Source: Macrostomum lignano (lineage: Eukaryota). Taken from it: a stretch of 64,000 bases of DNA. The translations under genes were made by a program, and so were the position numbers. Positions 51,154 through 62,904 of this stretch are shown in pieces. Each line of letters starts with the position of its first letter. Positions within the stretch are counted from its first letter, which is position 1. The stretch covers positions 174,401 to 238,400 of the forward strand of contig NIVC01001778.1 in the NCBI GenBank assembly GCA_002269645.1. Direction: 5' to 3'. The notes beneath the pieces are model-generated. The model was not told the origin of the DNA. It was given only the letters and a program-made list of their open reading frames with translations, and ran no database searches.

Positions 51154-54100
51154 TTAATTTTCACTTTGTATATGTATTTCACTTTTCTTGCCTTTTTATT
51201 TTTTCTTCTCTTTCTTTTTCTTTCTCCTCTTTCCCCTCTCCCTTCTCTTTCCTTTCTTTTCTTTTCTCTTCTTCTTTCTTCCCCCAATTTTTCATTTTTC
51301 GCATTTTTGATTTTGCGACTTACCTTGGCCAATGGCCATTTCACCCACCTAGTTCAAATGGGTTAGACAAGTGTTATATTCAATATGTATGACTTATAGA
51401 CTTACTCTATAAAGAATTTAACTTTTTAAATAGTGAACCTAGTAGACCCAACAATCCACTAATATCATTAATGCCAAGGGTATATGAGCTCATATGAAGG
51501 CCAAATTTTGTCAAATGTATGGTCTATCCAAGGGACTATTTGAGTTACATCTATAGGAGTATTTCTTCCCATTTAAACAAGACCTACCGGAACTTCTTCT
51601 ATTGGTTACTATATTATTATCTATTGTAATTTAAGACTAACAAACCTAGACACAAGGACCACTAGGAACACTTTGTTATATAGGACGTAGCACTTTCGAT
51701 TCGTGTAAAAATAGTTGAAGGCCGATTTTTGTTCTTGTATACATTAGTGAAATAGAGGAATTGCATGATTTTCAACATAATATGCTGTTTGCAGAAGCCT
51801 AGGGCTATTAATTTCTGAAATTTTGCAGTATGTTACCAAAAAAACTTAGCTAAATTATATTATTTTGTGGTTTAGTCATATTTTTTGGTTATTTACCATT
51901 TTTTATATTACTTATGACTAGTAGGCTGGCTAGGTAGGCCTATGACTAAGGACAAATGTTTATTGACTGGAAACCTAGTAGTAAATACTTCATAGGTCTA
52001 GACCTATTTGATTTCTAGCTAGGCTAGTCATAACCCAAACTGCCTTAACTAACTTCTTTTTTATTGATCACATACCTGCAAAGTATAAGTAGGTGTATTT
52101 ATTGAAACTTTAGGCCTATTGTAACTTTGAAACTTAAAAAATTTAGTGTTTTTGATTCCACGCCAGGGTTTTGGGACATAGGCAATCAATGACAATGACC
52201 CTAGGCCTAGAATAATAATTAGGGCCTAAAATAAAACTTTATTTGTTTTGAGAAGTTTTTAAATAAGATTGTTTTTATTTAATTTTGGGTTCTTTTATTT
52301 TTTCTCTTAGTATTTAGCAATTTTTTCCTGGGTTTATGCTTTAGCTATGTGATAAATATGTTATATTATCTTGACTTTCAAAATTGCAACTTCAAGTTAG
52401 ACCTTGGATGCAATTTAGTATCTTAGTATTAGGCTTAGCAAAAAAATATTGGCTAAGATATCTTTAAGCTATAGTATCCTTATTGTACAATATCTTTTTT
52501 AATTGCATTTTGAACTTGAACCTTAGATACAATTTCATATTGCATCCTAGACCTAGACCTAGTATAGTGCTAGCAAAAAAGTAAAAAAACCTAGGTTATT
52601 ATTTTTTTTATTTTGTTTCCCAATGATTTTTATACTCTACATGGTCTGGTACTATTACTGCACTACCAGTTATACAGTCAAGAACACATTCTGATTATAT
52701 ACACTTCAGGGTTGGAAAACTGTTACCTCAAGGGCTTGATAAAGAATCTAGCTCTGATGATAGGCTAGAAGAGGAGAAAAGAAGAAAAAAAAGTGAGATA
52801 AAAAAAGGAAGTGAAAGAATAATTGGAAAGATAGTTGGGATAAATTGAAGATAGAAGAAAAAAGGAAAAGGATAAAAAGAAAAGTGAAAGGAGGAAGGAG
52901 AGGATAAAAGAATCTTTATGTCCCTGTGGTACAAATTTTCCAGGGAATTGACATCTCTAGATTTAGGCCCTACTTGATAGCAGTCATATATATACTTATA
53001 ATTTTTAAATAATCAACTTATTGAGATCTTAAAAATGTTTATAAGCAAACTATTTAAATAAATTAAGTTAGAATTTTATAATTAAAGGTTGAGTAGTTCA
53101 GTAGTACTTGTCTGAAATTATTAGGGCCTATAATATATACAATATTTTTATTATATACAGAGAATGATAAAGCTCAAGTCAGTATTAATCACATAGTTCA
53201 TTTTTTCATTTTTAACTTTATTTCATTGCAGACTAGTTGTCAGGCTAATGAAGTTTTGTTTGCCAAGATATACAAGCAACTATACTACTGGTAATATCTG
53301 GCTAGGATGGAATTTAATTATAACTTGAGGCCCAGGTGCACACTTTTCTTCATGCTCCTGTGATACTCTTGGATATCCAGAACTGAGATATCCAAGTCAG
53401 GTCCTGCAGCTTTTACAGGTGACTGTGGTGACAGACCAGCTAATTCTAATGCTTCCTAAACTTTATTTTGATGTTTAGAGTGACAAGATTTATCAGCATA
53501 TACATGTACCATTTGTACACATGATCCCAACACTGCATTTCATTTTCATTTACATTTCATTTTCTTTGCTTAGTACTGTTTTATCACTTTGCAACACTGT
53601 TGGACCAACAATAAAATTTCTTCAATATAGTTTATCATACCTCATCAATTTTGTGCCAGACAGACTGCTGTTTATAATTTGAGCTATAAGCAAATAAACT
53701 TGACAAGTCTGCTTGTTTGCTAAATTCTGCTGCCACTCGCAAGCCACTTCAATTTACAAGATTATAGAGAACAAAATGTTAAAACAGGAGTCTGCTTTGT
53801 GATGTTTTGCTTTTTCTTCTCACTCCTTTTTTCTGACTAGCCATCTTGTGAGAAAGATTTTAAAGGATATAGACCAAAGTATGCGGGTTCTGTATATGAT
53901 CTCCAGACTCTGATATATTTTCAGAAATGTCACTAATGACACTAAGAGTATATTCACAAAAAATGTGCTCAAGATTTTTGGCTACTTTATTAATTTTGCT
54001 TCCTAAACTTGAAGATTTGAATCATTACCATATGCCTAAAAATAGGGTGTCTCCATTGTACAGGATTTTCTTGCATCTACATCTAGTGGGAAGCTAAACT

Positions 54101-54374
54101 AACTGACTTACTTGGTAGGGGACAAAAATCTAAACAATCTGTCAAAAAAATTAACCTTTTATATACAATTGATTCAGAGATACAGACATTTTAATAATCA
54201 GCCTTCAACTATTTTTGCACAATTTGCAAGTGTTGCATCCTTCAATTTTAGTAGTCCTTAGCTAGACATTCATGTTAATCTTATTCCTTGTTACTCTTTA
54301 AGTCTTTTTTATTCCTAAAGCTACTAAAACTTAATCCATTTTGCCATTTTTAGTATATATCAATTATCAATATA

Positions 54375-54764
54375 CAGGGTGTCCCATAAGTTACTTTACA
54401 ACTTGTTTCGTGAATAACTTTGTGATTAATGCTTGGATTCCAACCAGATTTTAGCATAGGAAAATATATAGAAAAGGGATTTTTTGACACCAAAAGCATG
54501 TTCATATCAGGCCCAGATTTTGCCTGAGACGCTTACCAAAGCCCTGCTAGACTTTCCGCGGTGGCTGGAGGCCTGCCTTACAAACAGCGGTGGCCACATC
54601 AAAGGACCCTGAACAGACTGTATTTTTTAACATATGAACATGTTTTTGCTGTCAAAAAATCCATTTTCTATATATTTTCCTATGCTAAAATCTGGTGGGG
54701 ATCCAAGCATTAATCACAAAGTTATTCACAAAACAAGTTGTAAAGTTACTTATGGGACACCCTG
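54375..54764. mobile_element. Tc1/mariner-type foldback MITE (TA TSD, ~130-bp inverted arms)
   Basis: TA|CAGGGTGTCCCATAAG ... CTTATGGGACACCCTG|TA; the arms stay complementary for ~130 bp. Confidence 0.9.
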
Positions 54765-57361
54765 TATATCCTAGCATACATGACTAGAGCTTCTAGAGGT
54801 CAGAGGAGATCTTTGATCTTGCAATCAATATTTAAGAAACTGCCAAGAATCTAACATAAAATAAAGTACAATAAAGTGCCATATCTTGAATACTATTTTT
54901 TAAAATAGCATATATTATTTAGACATCAAAATAAATGCATTGAATTCAAAATGAATCAAATTAGTGCCAAAAAATCAACTTATAGGCTATATAGGCTCTA
55001 ATAGTGTCACCCATATAAAGGATTTAGCCAAGTGTTTAGAAAAACTATATACCCAATTTTTTCATTTCTTTACAAATTAAAGGTTATGATTTTTAATAAC
55101 AGTACACAAAGTTTACTTTTGTTTTAAAAATTTACATATAGATATACTTACATTACATATAGTTTACTTATAATTTAAATAATTTACATTATATATAGTA
55201 TATTTTATATTAATTAAAAAAATTTACATATATATCTCTTTGTAAATTTACAAAGAGAATTGCAATTTTCAGTTTTTTAGCTTTGTATTATTTGAAAATA
55301 TATACCTTAGAATCCAGATCAAATCTTATATTGTTTTGACAAAAAATATAAAATCTTGAAATTAAAAAAAAATTAATATTGTCTAACCTTTATACATCCA
55401 TATTCAGAATTATGGCATGCTTGTGCCAGAATGAATCCAATCAAAAAAGTTTGGTTATGCCATGCGCCAGAACAAATCCTATCACAAAAGTTTGCTTACG
55501 CCATGTGCTAGAACAATTCTTATGAAAAAACTTTTGCTTGTTCTATTTATTATTACTTTTTGAAAAAAAAACATATTGGTATTTTTCATTTGGTATTTTT
55601 CATTTACCAAATGAAAAATACTGGTAAAACTTGTATTTGAATCTGTTTCATAGAAAATGCAATGTTTACATTATTAAATATAAAAGTTGTCAATATACTA
55701 GCAAACAAAAAGTGCTTATAAAAAGAAATTATGGCACTAATTTTTGTCAAAGAAAATATTCTCTCATTGGAAGCTTTTTTCTTGCACCAAATTGTGCCAA
55801 TTTTTTTGTCTTGCACCATATTGCATTGGATTTTTCTCCCTTGCCTGCTATTGTGCCAGAATGCACCAACGTGGCATACTAAAGTCCAACCAAGATTATA
55901 ATATGTTTTTTGAGCAAGATCAAGCAATAATTTTATTAAAAATTTAAGATCAAGAATACATTGATCGAGAATTGGAGATCCAGCTACAATTGTAAATTTG
56001 TATAGGAAAAATGGTACTTATAATTAGATTTATATAAGACTTAGCCTATATTATAAGTAAATGAATAATAGTACAAAAGAAATACTGATTTCTTTCCAAA
56101 CAAGGACTCCATAGTATTTTTGCAATATGCAAAAATAAGCCACTAACTCTGGCTATGCCACTATATGCTACTATAAGATACATAAATAGGTTGAAAGTTG
56201 GTAATAGCCTATCAGGTGAGCCATAGTCAGGATCATGACATGCCTATGCTAAAACAAATCCTATCAAAATAATTTGATTACACCATGTGCTAGAACTATT
56301 TTGCTAAAAATGCTAATACAAAAATCTTATTTTCTAGTTTTCCCTTAAAAAATACCAGTAAAACTTGTATTTGAAACTGTTTTGTAGAAATACAATGTTG
56401 TATGTTGTGGTAGGCCAGTCTACCACTGGGAGGAAGACAGCAGTCACTGACACTATTTATTTTTTGTTCTTGTAATCGAAGCCCTTAGTTTTCTATTGAG
56501 TCATTTGCCCATGGGAAAACTAGGGCATAAAGCAATCAATTAGTCTCATCTCAAAAGCAAGCTCTGAAACCTTCAACATTCTATAATATGAAATTATGGC
56601 AATGCTACTTTATTACTGATAGTGACAAACTGAGCCTATCAATAGATTACTAAGTTTACAGTGTCTGAGGACCCAATTGAATGACTATGCCATTAAAAGA
56701 CTGCTTGACTGCGATTATGACTACCTTCCCCCAGAATTGAGGACCCAGCAGATGGAGTATCAAAGGAAAAGTTATATGAATCAGTTTGTGAAATTTTCTA
56801 GCTTTACAAGTGCCAAGACATCACAGGTAGCAATTCAAACTTTAAAACTGCCTAAACACCCTCCCAATTTATTTTCTTCTCTGCCCCCACCTCAATGTAA
56901 AGGGATTGTAAATATATTTTAATTGAAAAAGACATCAATACATCAGCAAACAAAAAAGTACTAATTGTGCATTAGATTAGACAATGCATTATTTGTTTTT
57001 TATTTGGCATTTCATAATATTTTTACATTTTCTATATTGAATTCAATCTTGCTTAATTGTTTTATAATTCTAAGCCATTTCTTGAAATTTTGACAATTTC
57101 TCAAAATGACCTAGGCCTACCCAAAAAGGTAGTCTTGAAATTTTGAGATCAAGATTGAAATCTCGGTCAAACTCTATAGGCTTAATATATGTCCAAAACC
57201 CTTTTGTGCTGGAATTTTCTGTAAAAAAGGCTATCTTCTTGACTATCTATGGCTATACATCACAATGAAAACATTGTCAATGACATTTTAGTCTTAATGT
57301 ATAAACAAGGTTTTTTCAAGGTTAGGCCTACTTTTTCTCCTAGTCCTACCAGACCTGGCAT

Positions 57362-58639
57362 CAGTGTTGGGCACTTCCGTTACCGAGTAACTTGTAAATG
57401 GTAACGCAAGTTACTTTTTCGTAAAGCGTTCCTTACGCAAGTTACTTTCCTATTTTGGTAACGGAGTAACGGTAAGTTACTCAAATTTCGGAAGTCCGTT
57501 ACAGTTACTTTGCAACAATCGCAATATTTAAATTTAAAACTGATATGCTTAGCTATTACTCTAGTTGTCACATTTTTAGCATTTTTCATTCCTAAATTCA
57601 AAACTAAGTGAATAATATCATACGGTATTACGCTGTAATTAATAAAGAAATACTTGAAACATGTTTTTACTTTGTTATTTTCGGTAAAATATTTTTGCTT
57701 TTCGTTTTTAAGTTAATAAAAATATTTTGTTTAGTTCTTAGAAACAAAAAACCAAAGAAAGAAATTCATCTGTAGTCTCCACAAATCCACTCAGTGATCG
57801 ACGTAGCCAGGAATTTTAATTGGGGGGGGGCGGGTTGGCCTGGCTGGCCATGCCTCATGCCATTGCCACTTTTAGCGCCGCAGGCACTCATTTTAGCGCC
57901 GCAGGCACTCATTTTAGCGCCGCAAGCACTCATTTAAGCGCCGCAGGCACTCATTTAAGCGCCGCAGGCACTCAATCGCCTCATGGTTTTTGGTACCCGC
58001 CACGCCCAACCCCACCCCCCCCCAGGTGGGGTGTCTTGCAGGTGGGGTGAAGTTGCCGCCCCAACGATTGTTAAGGCGGCCTCCCTGGCTACACCACTAA
58101 AGTCCACTGGCACTGCACTGCACTGCACAATAATTTAATATTAATGATAATAATTGAAAATAAATAAAAAGACTAGTAAAGCAGACTATAGAGTGGAGTA
58201 AAGCCAGGTACTTATTACGAGCGATGTATTATCAAGGCCAACTGAAGTTACGTTAAGTTGTCCTTGTGTATTATAACTTATAATGTTATTAAAAATTAAA
58301 TTGCGTTTTGCCTTTAACGTTTCTGACCTTCAGCTTCTTTTCTTTTTACGGAAAGGGCCTAAAGAGATTAAAATTTAATACAGTTACTGAAATTAATGTT
58401 GTTTTATTCTTCCTCCTGGCTTTCGCGATCATTTGTGCTGTTCCAGCGCATTTGCAATGTTAAAAAAGCAGAAAATTTTGTTAATAACATAGGTAACGGA
58501 AGTAAGTAACGGAAGTAACTTAAAAGTTACCGGGTTTTTGTATAAAGTTACTAGGCTAACGTAAGTTACTTTTTGAAAAAGTGGTAACTTGAGTTACAGT
58601 AACGCAAGTTACTTTTTTTGAGTAACTTGCCCAACACTG
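57362..58639. mobile_element. Non-autonomous hAT DNA transposon (1278 bp)
   Basis: TIR CAGTGTTGGGCA / TGCCCAACACTG; perfect 8-bp TSD CCTGGCAT (57354-57361, 58640-58647); many subterminal GTAAC/GTTAC motifs. Confidence 0.92.
57792..58099. mobile_element. Second copy (inverted) of the 664-992 MITE, nested in the hAT element
   Basis: Reverse-complement identity to 664-992; five 21-bp units; an extra ~60-bp segment near one end; TSD imperfect (AATCCACT / AAGTCCACT). Confidence 0.82.
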
Positions 58640-59069
58640 CCTGGCATACACTAATGCATAATCCAAACCAAACTATGGTATCAGTGAAATATTTATCTAT
58701 ATAATAGGCCTATCTTAAAAATTTTGGAAACTATATTAAAAAATTTTAGGCCTAGCTTTGGATCTATTGTGTTTAAGATTAGGCTAGGGCCTATTGTTTA
58801 CTTAAAAACAAAACTAAATGTTCAATGGCATTGCTTGAAACTTAAGCGTTAAGGATAAAGCCTAGGGTTTGCCATAACTAGTAGGATAGATAGGCCTATT
58901 TATTATATTGTTGTTGTAGTAGCCTATTCATTGAATCTACACAAAGCAATATTTTACATTTCCAGACCAAATAAGTGATATAAGCTCCAAAAGAGAGCTT
59001 TAATCCAACTCTTGCCACAACTCTCCACTTTCTCCTTAACAGCCTTAGCCCAAGATAGGCTTAGGGCAG

Positions 59070-59300
59070 GGCGTCCTGACGCTGATGCAACTTTGCAACA
59101 AACCGCGGGGCGCGGGCGGGCGCCAGGGCCAGGCGTGCGTGGTGTGAATGTGAATTGCGTCCCTTGTGACTGAGACCTAAAAAAACCACTAGTTTTGGTA
59201 CAAAAACTTTAGCATGTTGCTAAGCGTACAAGCGTACATTGCGATAATTCTGCCGTTACCTGCCGTGAGGTGGGTTGCTTCGACGCTTCGAATCTACTAA
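59070..59300 (-). promoter_or_regulatory. CpG-rich, promoter-like island with a candidate non-coding first exon donor (CAG|GTAACG at 59259)
   Basis: GC-box-like GGGGCGCGGGCGGGCG; abrupt return of CpG at the end of the CpG desert; minus-strand donor consensus. Assignment to ARV1 is inference. Confidence 0.4.
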
Positions 59301-60890
59301 TAATAATATACAACAATTATAAACTTTAATTAAGTAAGCGCTGTAAAAAGTTTTAAATGTATTCTAAGAAACAGTTTAAGTAAAAAAATGAAACAAATAG
59401 TTAAAAAGTTTTACTGGCTTTTGAAATCTCCTTTAATATATTTTATAATTTGAATTTTAGTAAATATATCTTTCTCTGCTCTAAAAAGTTGTTTATGTTA
59501 AATAACATAATCATCGTAAATATCCACGGTTTGCGTAAAAAGCTATTAAAAATTCTACGTAACTAATTCATACATGCTTAAATATAAACCGCATGCAAAT
59601 GCGAATTCCCACTTTCCTGCTTTCTCACTCGGGACAGCGATCGAGAAGGCACGAACAAGACTCGCGATTATATACTGTCGGTACTATTTTTTATCAAAGT
59701 TTCCTTTAAGAGTTCTTTTATACCTGTCTCGTTCTTATTATTATTGCCTAAAATGACATTAATACTCTCATATTTACACAAGCGATGGGAAGCCTTTGTT
59801 TTCGGGTGAGTAATTGCAAGAAATTGAGAATTGACGCCCATGAAGAAGTCTATGCACGCGAACTCATGCACCAGGGCCAGTTCAATGTGTTTTACTTTGG
59901 AGCACAGATCGGGCCAGAGAGGCTACTGCATGTATTTTTGGACCTATCCAGCAAGGCATACACGCCTTCACGGGCTGCAGTGAGGCACTCTATTAGCAGA
60001 GGAATGGCAGCTGTGTACGAGTACCACAATAAATTAAAGGACCATTACTCAGTACATTTAGTACGGGAAACCTCTTTTCTAGGAAACTTTTAGAGGCTGT
60101 TTTTTCGAAAATACACTACTGAGATAGGAAGTGTTCACGGAGATAGTATAACTTTTTACTATCGTCGGTATAATTTGCAATTAACTCTTGTGCCATCGCG
60201 CGTTGCAAGGACCTCTCTGTCTCCGGCATTGAAATGATGTACTGCAGGTTCGACAGCGGCTTTAGCACGCCAGGCAGAATGAAATGGCGTCTTCATAGAC
60301 AGGTATATACATATTTTCTGGCACCGCATGCCTTACGTTACGTCCAGCTGGGACGAACTCAAAAGTACGAGACAGAAACTTTTAATTTGATAGCCTACGA
60401 CGCGACTGTATCAAGTTGTTTTTAACATATAGAAAAATGCTATTCTTACCTAAATATAATTCTGAATCCTATATACTAAAAAAATTGAAAATAAACTTGT
60501 ACATGCATTAGTAAATCTACTGTATGCCATATAGAATTTACTTTTACTCTGAACTAAGCATGTGCAAGCAGTATATTTTTATGTAAGAAAGACATGGACG
60601 GCAGTACATTAAAAGTGTAAATTTTCTTTCGTAAAGCCTATTGTACCATGGACCTATGCGCGATCATACATTAAATCGTATAATTTTACTTTCAGCTTCA
60701 AATATGAGTATTGCCTCTAAACTATAGTCCTTCAGTTGGTAAACTCCTATTGGTTCTGTCCATGCACTTCCTTCATTGGTAGCCACCACTGCCCATACAT
60801 ATATTATAAAACGCTGTTGACTCAATCCTTCCACAATCATTTCCACAACTCCGATTTCTAAGTTTTCCAAATAATTTTCAAACACCGACT

Positions 60891-61656
60891 ATGTCTGCTT
60901 TGAAATATCTTAACTTTGCATGCACTTTTCTAGCACTAGCGTCGCTCACACAGTCGGAACTGAGCTGCAACTCCAAGTTCCACCCCATCACTGGCTACCT
61001 GTGCATTCGCCGTGAGTTCGTCCGCACCATCGGCACCTGCACCAATCATGCCGGCTGCTCAATGCTGTGCGCCACAGACCGCCGCTGTCAGGCGTTCAGC
61101 CTGGCTGACGGTCCGTGCCAGCTGTTCGTGTTCGACAAGTGCAGCAAGTCGGTGAGGAACTGCGGCTGCTCCAGGAGAGGCCGCGTGTTTGTGAAGCAGC
61201 AGCCGGGACTCGAGGCGGGCGCGCTGTGTCCGTCTGGCTACGGAGACGACCTGTGCGGAGTGAAGTACAAGCTGCTGAATCACTCTGGAACTTGGTGGCC
61301 AAGCAGAGAGAAGTGCGAGTCGGAGAGCGGTCTGGTGATCATGGCTGATGTGGTTGATGCGACCGAGATGAGCCACGTAGATGAATTGTACAAGAAGCAC
61401 AGCCTCGGCAAGTCGTTCATGGCTCGGCGGCTTTCAGACTCCGGGAAGTTCAGAGCCGGCAGGAGGCTGGCACTGGGTCGCGTGCAACATCAGCGTCGAT
61501 GATGGACTCTGGGCTTCTGTTGAGCCAAACAATCGTAACAACGTTGAAAACTGCGTTGGCCGTTATCACGTGCGCCCAGGACTGAACGACATGGAAGAGA
61601 ACAGTAAACGTCCACAGGGTGTCCTTTGCGAGTGCGTGTCCCCCTTTGTCATGTAA
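60891..61656 (+). pseudogene. Secreted PAN/apple + C-type lectin protein with a 1-nt frameshift at ~61419 (pseudogene or assembly error)
   Basis: Signal peptide; PAN-like CSMLCATDRRCQAFSLADGPCQLF; CTL start CPSGY...SREKCES. The CTL core WLGG...EPAGGWHW...WASVEPNN...ENCV...LND...VLCE continues in the +1 frame; removing the A at 61419 gives KSFWLGG. Confidence 0.75.
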
Positions 61657-61855
61657 TTCGATCAACGTACATTGCCTAAATATACATGTACGTAGTATTT
61701 TTCTCGGTGACTTTAAATGGTCATCTCTAGACAGGTCCGGAAGACCTCCCTGACCGGCCCCGCGCCTCTCATGCGGGCTTCTCAGAGATTAGCGGAATGG
61801 GCGACGCTCGCCTCCCCGCTGCCTCTTCAGATCGCCCTGCAGCTCTCACGAGCAC

Positions 61856-61955
61856 CCAGGACTGAGGGACTTCAAAGAGAACAGTAAACTTCCACGGGGT
61901 GTCCTTTGTGAATGCGTGTCCCCTTTCGTCATATAGTTGTTAATCAACGTACGTA
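61856..61955 (+). pseudogene. Diverged duplicate of the lectin gene 3' end
   Basis: Reads PGLRDFKENSKLPRGVLCECVSPFVI* versus PGLNDMEENSKRPQGVLCECVSPFVM* at 61575-61656; similarity continues past the stop (TCAACGTAC). Confidence 0.75.
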
Positions 61956-62904
61956 CAACGTACAATACTGCTCTCACGCGACCCTAACTCAATATTCTAA
62001 CTACATGCACACGAACCTGCTGCAGCCATCCAATAAATAAGCAATTTTCTACATGAAGTAGATTTGATGGAATACTTTACCAACCACACGGCACGACACG
62101 GATATTATAAAATGTATGCATAGAATTATTTTAAACAAAATAAAAAACTCTAATAATCCACTTTGGAATCGAAATACGAAATTCTGCTTTTTAAAGAAGC
62201 ATCGTGAATGCCTGTTCCTGAGAATGTGTTTTGGCGTTGCCTTGCTTATACATATATTTACTCACGCATGACGAATTAAACAAGTCAGCTTGTTTGCACC
62301 ATGCGACTGGCTTACCCATTAACAGGTAGTCTACGTTAAGTTTTTTATAGAAAAGTCCATTAGCCATTAATTCATCGAAAAGCTGCATCGAAACTCTTGA
62401 TGGTTGTATTCAACTGACTCCCGTTTTACAAAATGACTTTTGTAGACGAGGCATGAAATCAAACAGGAATACAGGCAAATAGACTCTACTGAGCCACTGC
62501 AGCTTATTTCTGATATACGAGCGTATTGACTCCATGGGAGGAACCAGTAGGAAAAGGAGAGCTTGCATATTATATGGTTTATGCATCCGTGACTCTAGCC
62601 AAACCATGGTAGATCCACGAACTTCGAGGTCTGGGAGCTGAGAAGTGAGAAACTGGGGTTGAAACAGATGTTGGAAACAGTAGAAAACATGTCTCACCTA
62701 ATATAGTTACCAAGAGGGAATTTTCGTACAATGCCTGCATAAATTCACATGTAATTTTGGAACTGTAAAATATGAATAGTAAAACGACATTTCGAAAATT
62801 TCAAAGCTGGATTAAATCTCGAAAGATGACAGGTACTCGAAAAGGACACTTCGTAACGAAGTGATATCCTCTATGAAGTCGCTCAGCTCTGCGTGCTTGT
62901 GTGT

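Noticed and set aside
56677-56922. 81-aa ORF inside the CpG desert
   Set aside because: No recognisable motif; short ORFs of this length arise by chance.
62410-62412. In-frame TGA as selenocysteine
   Set aside because: No redox motif context and no SECIS recognisable by eye; a nonsense mutation is simpler.
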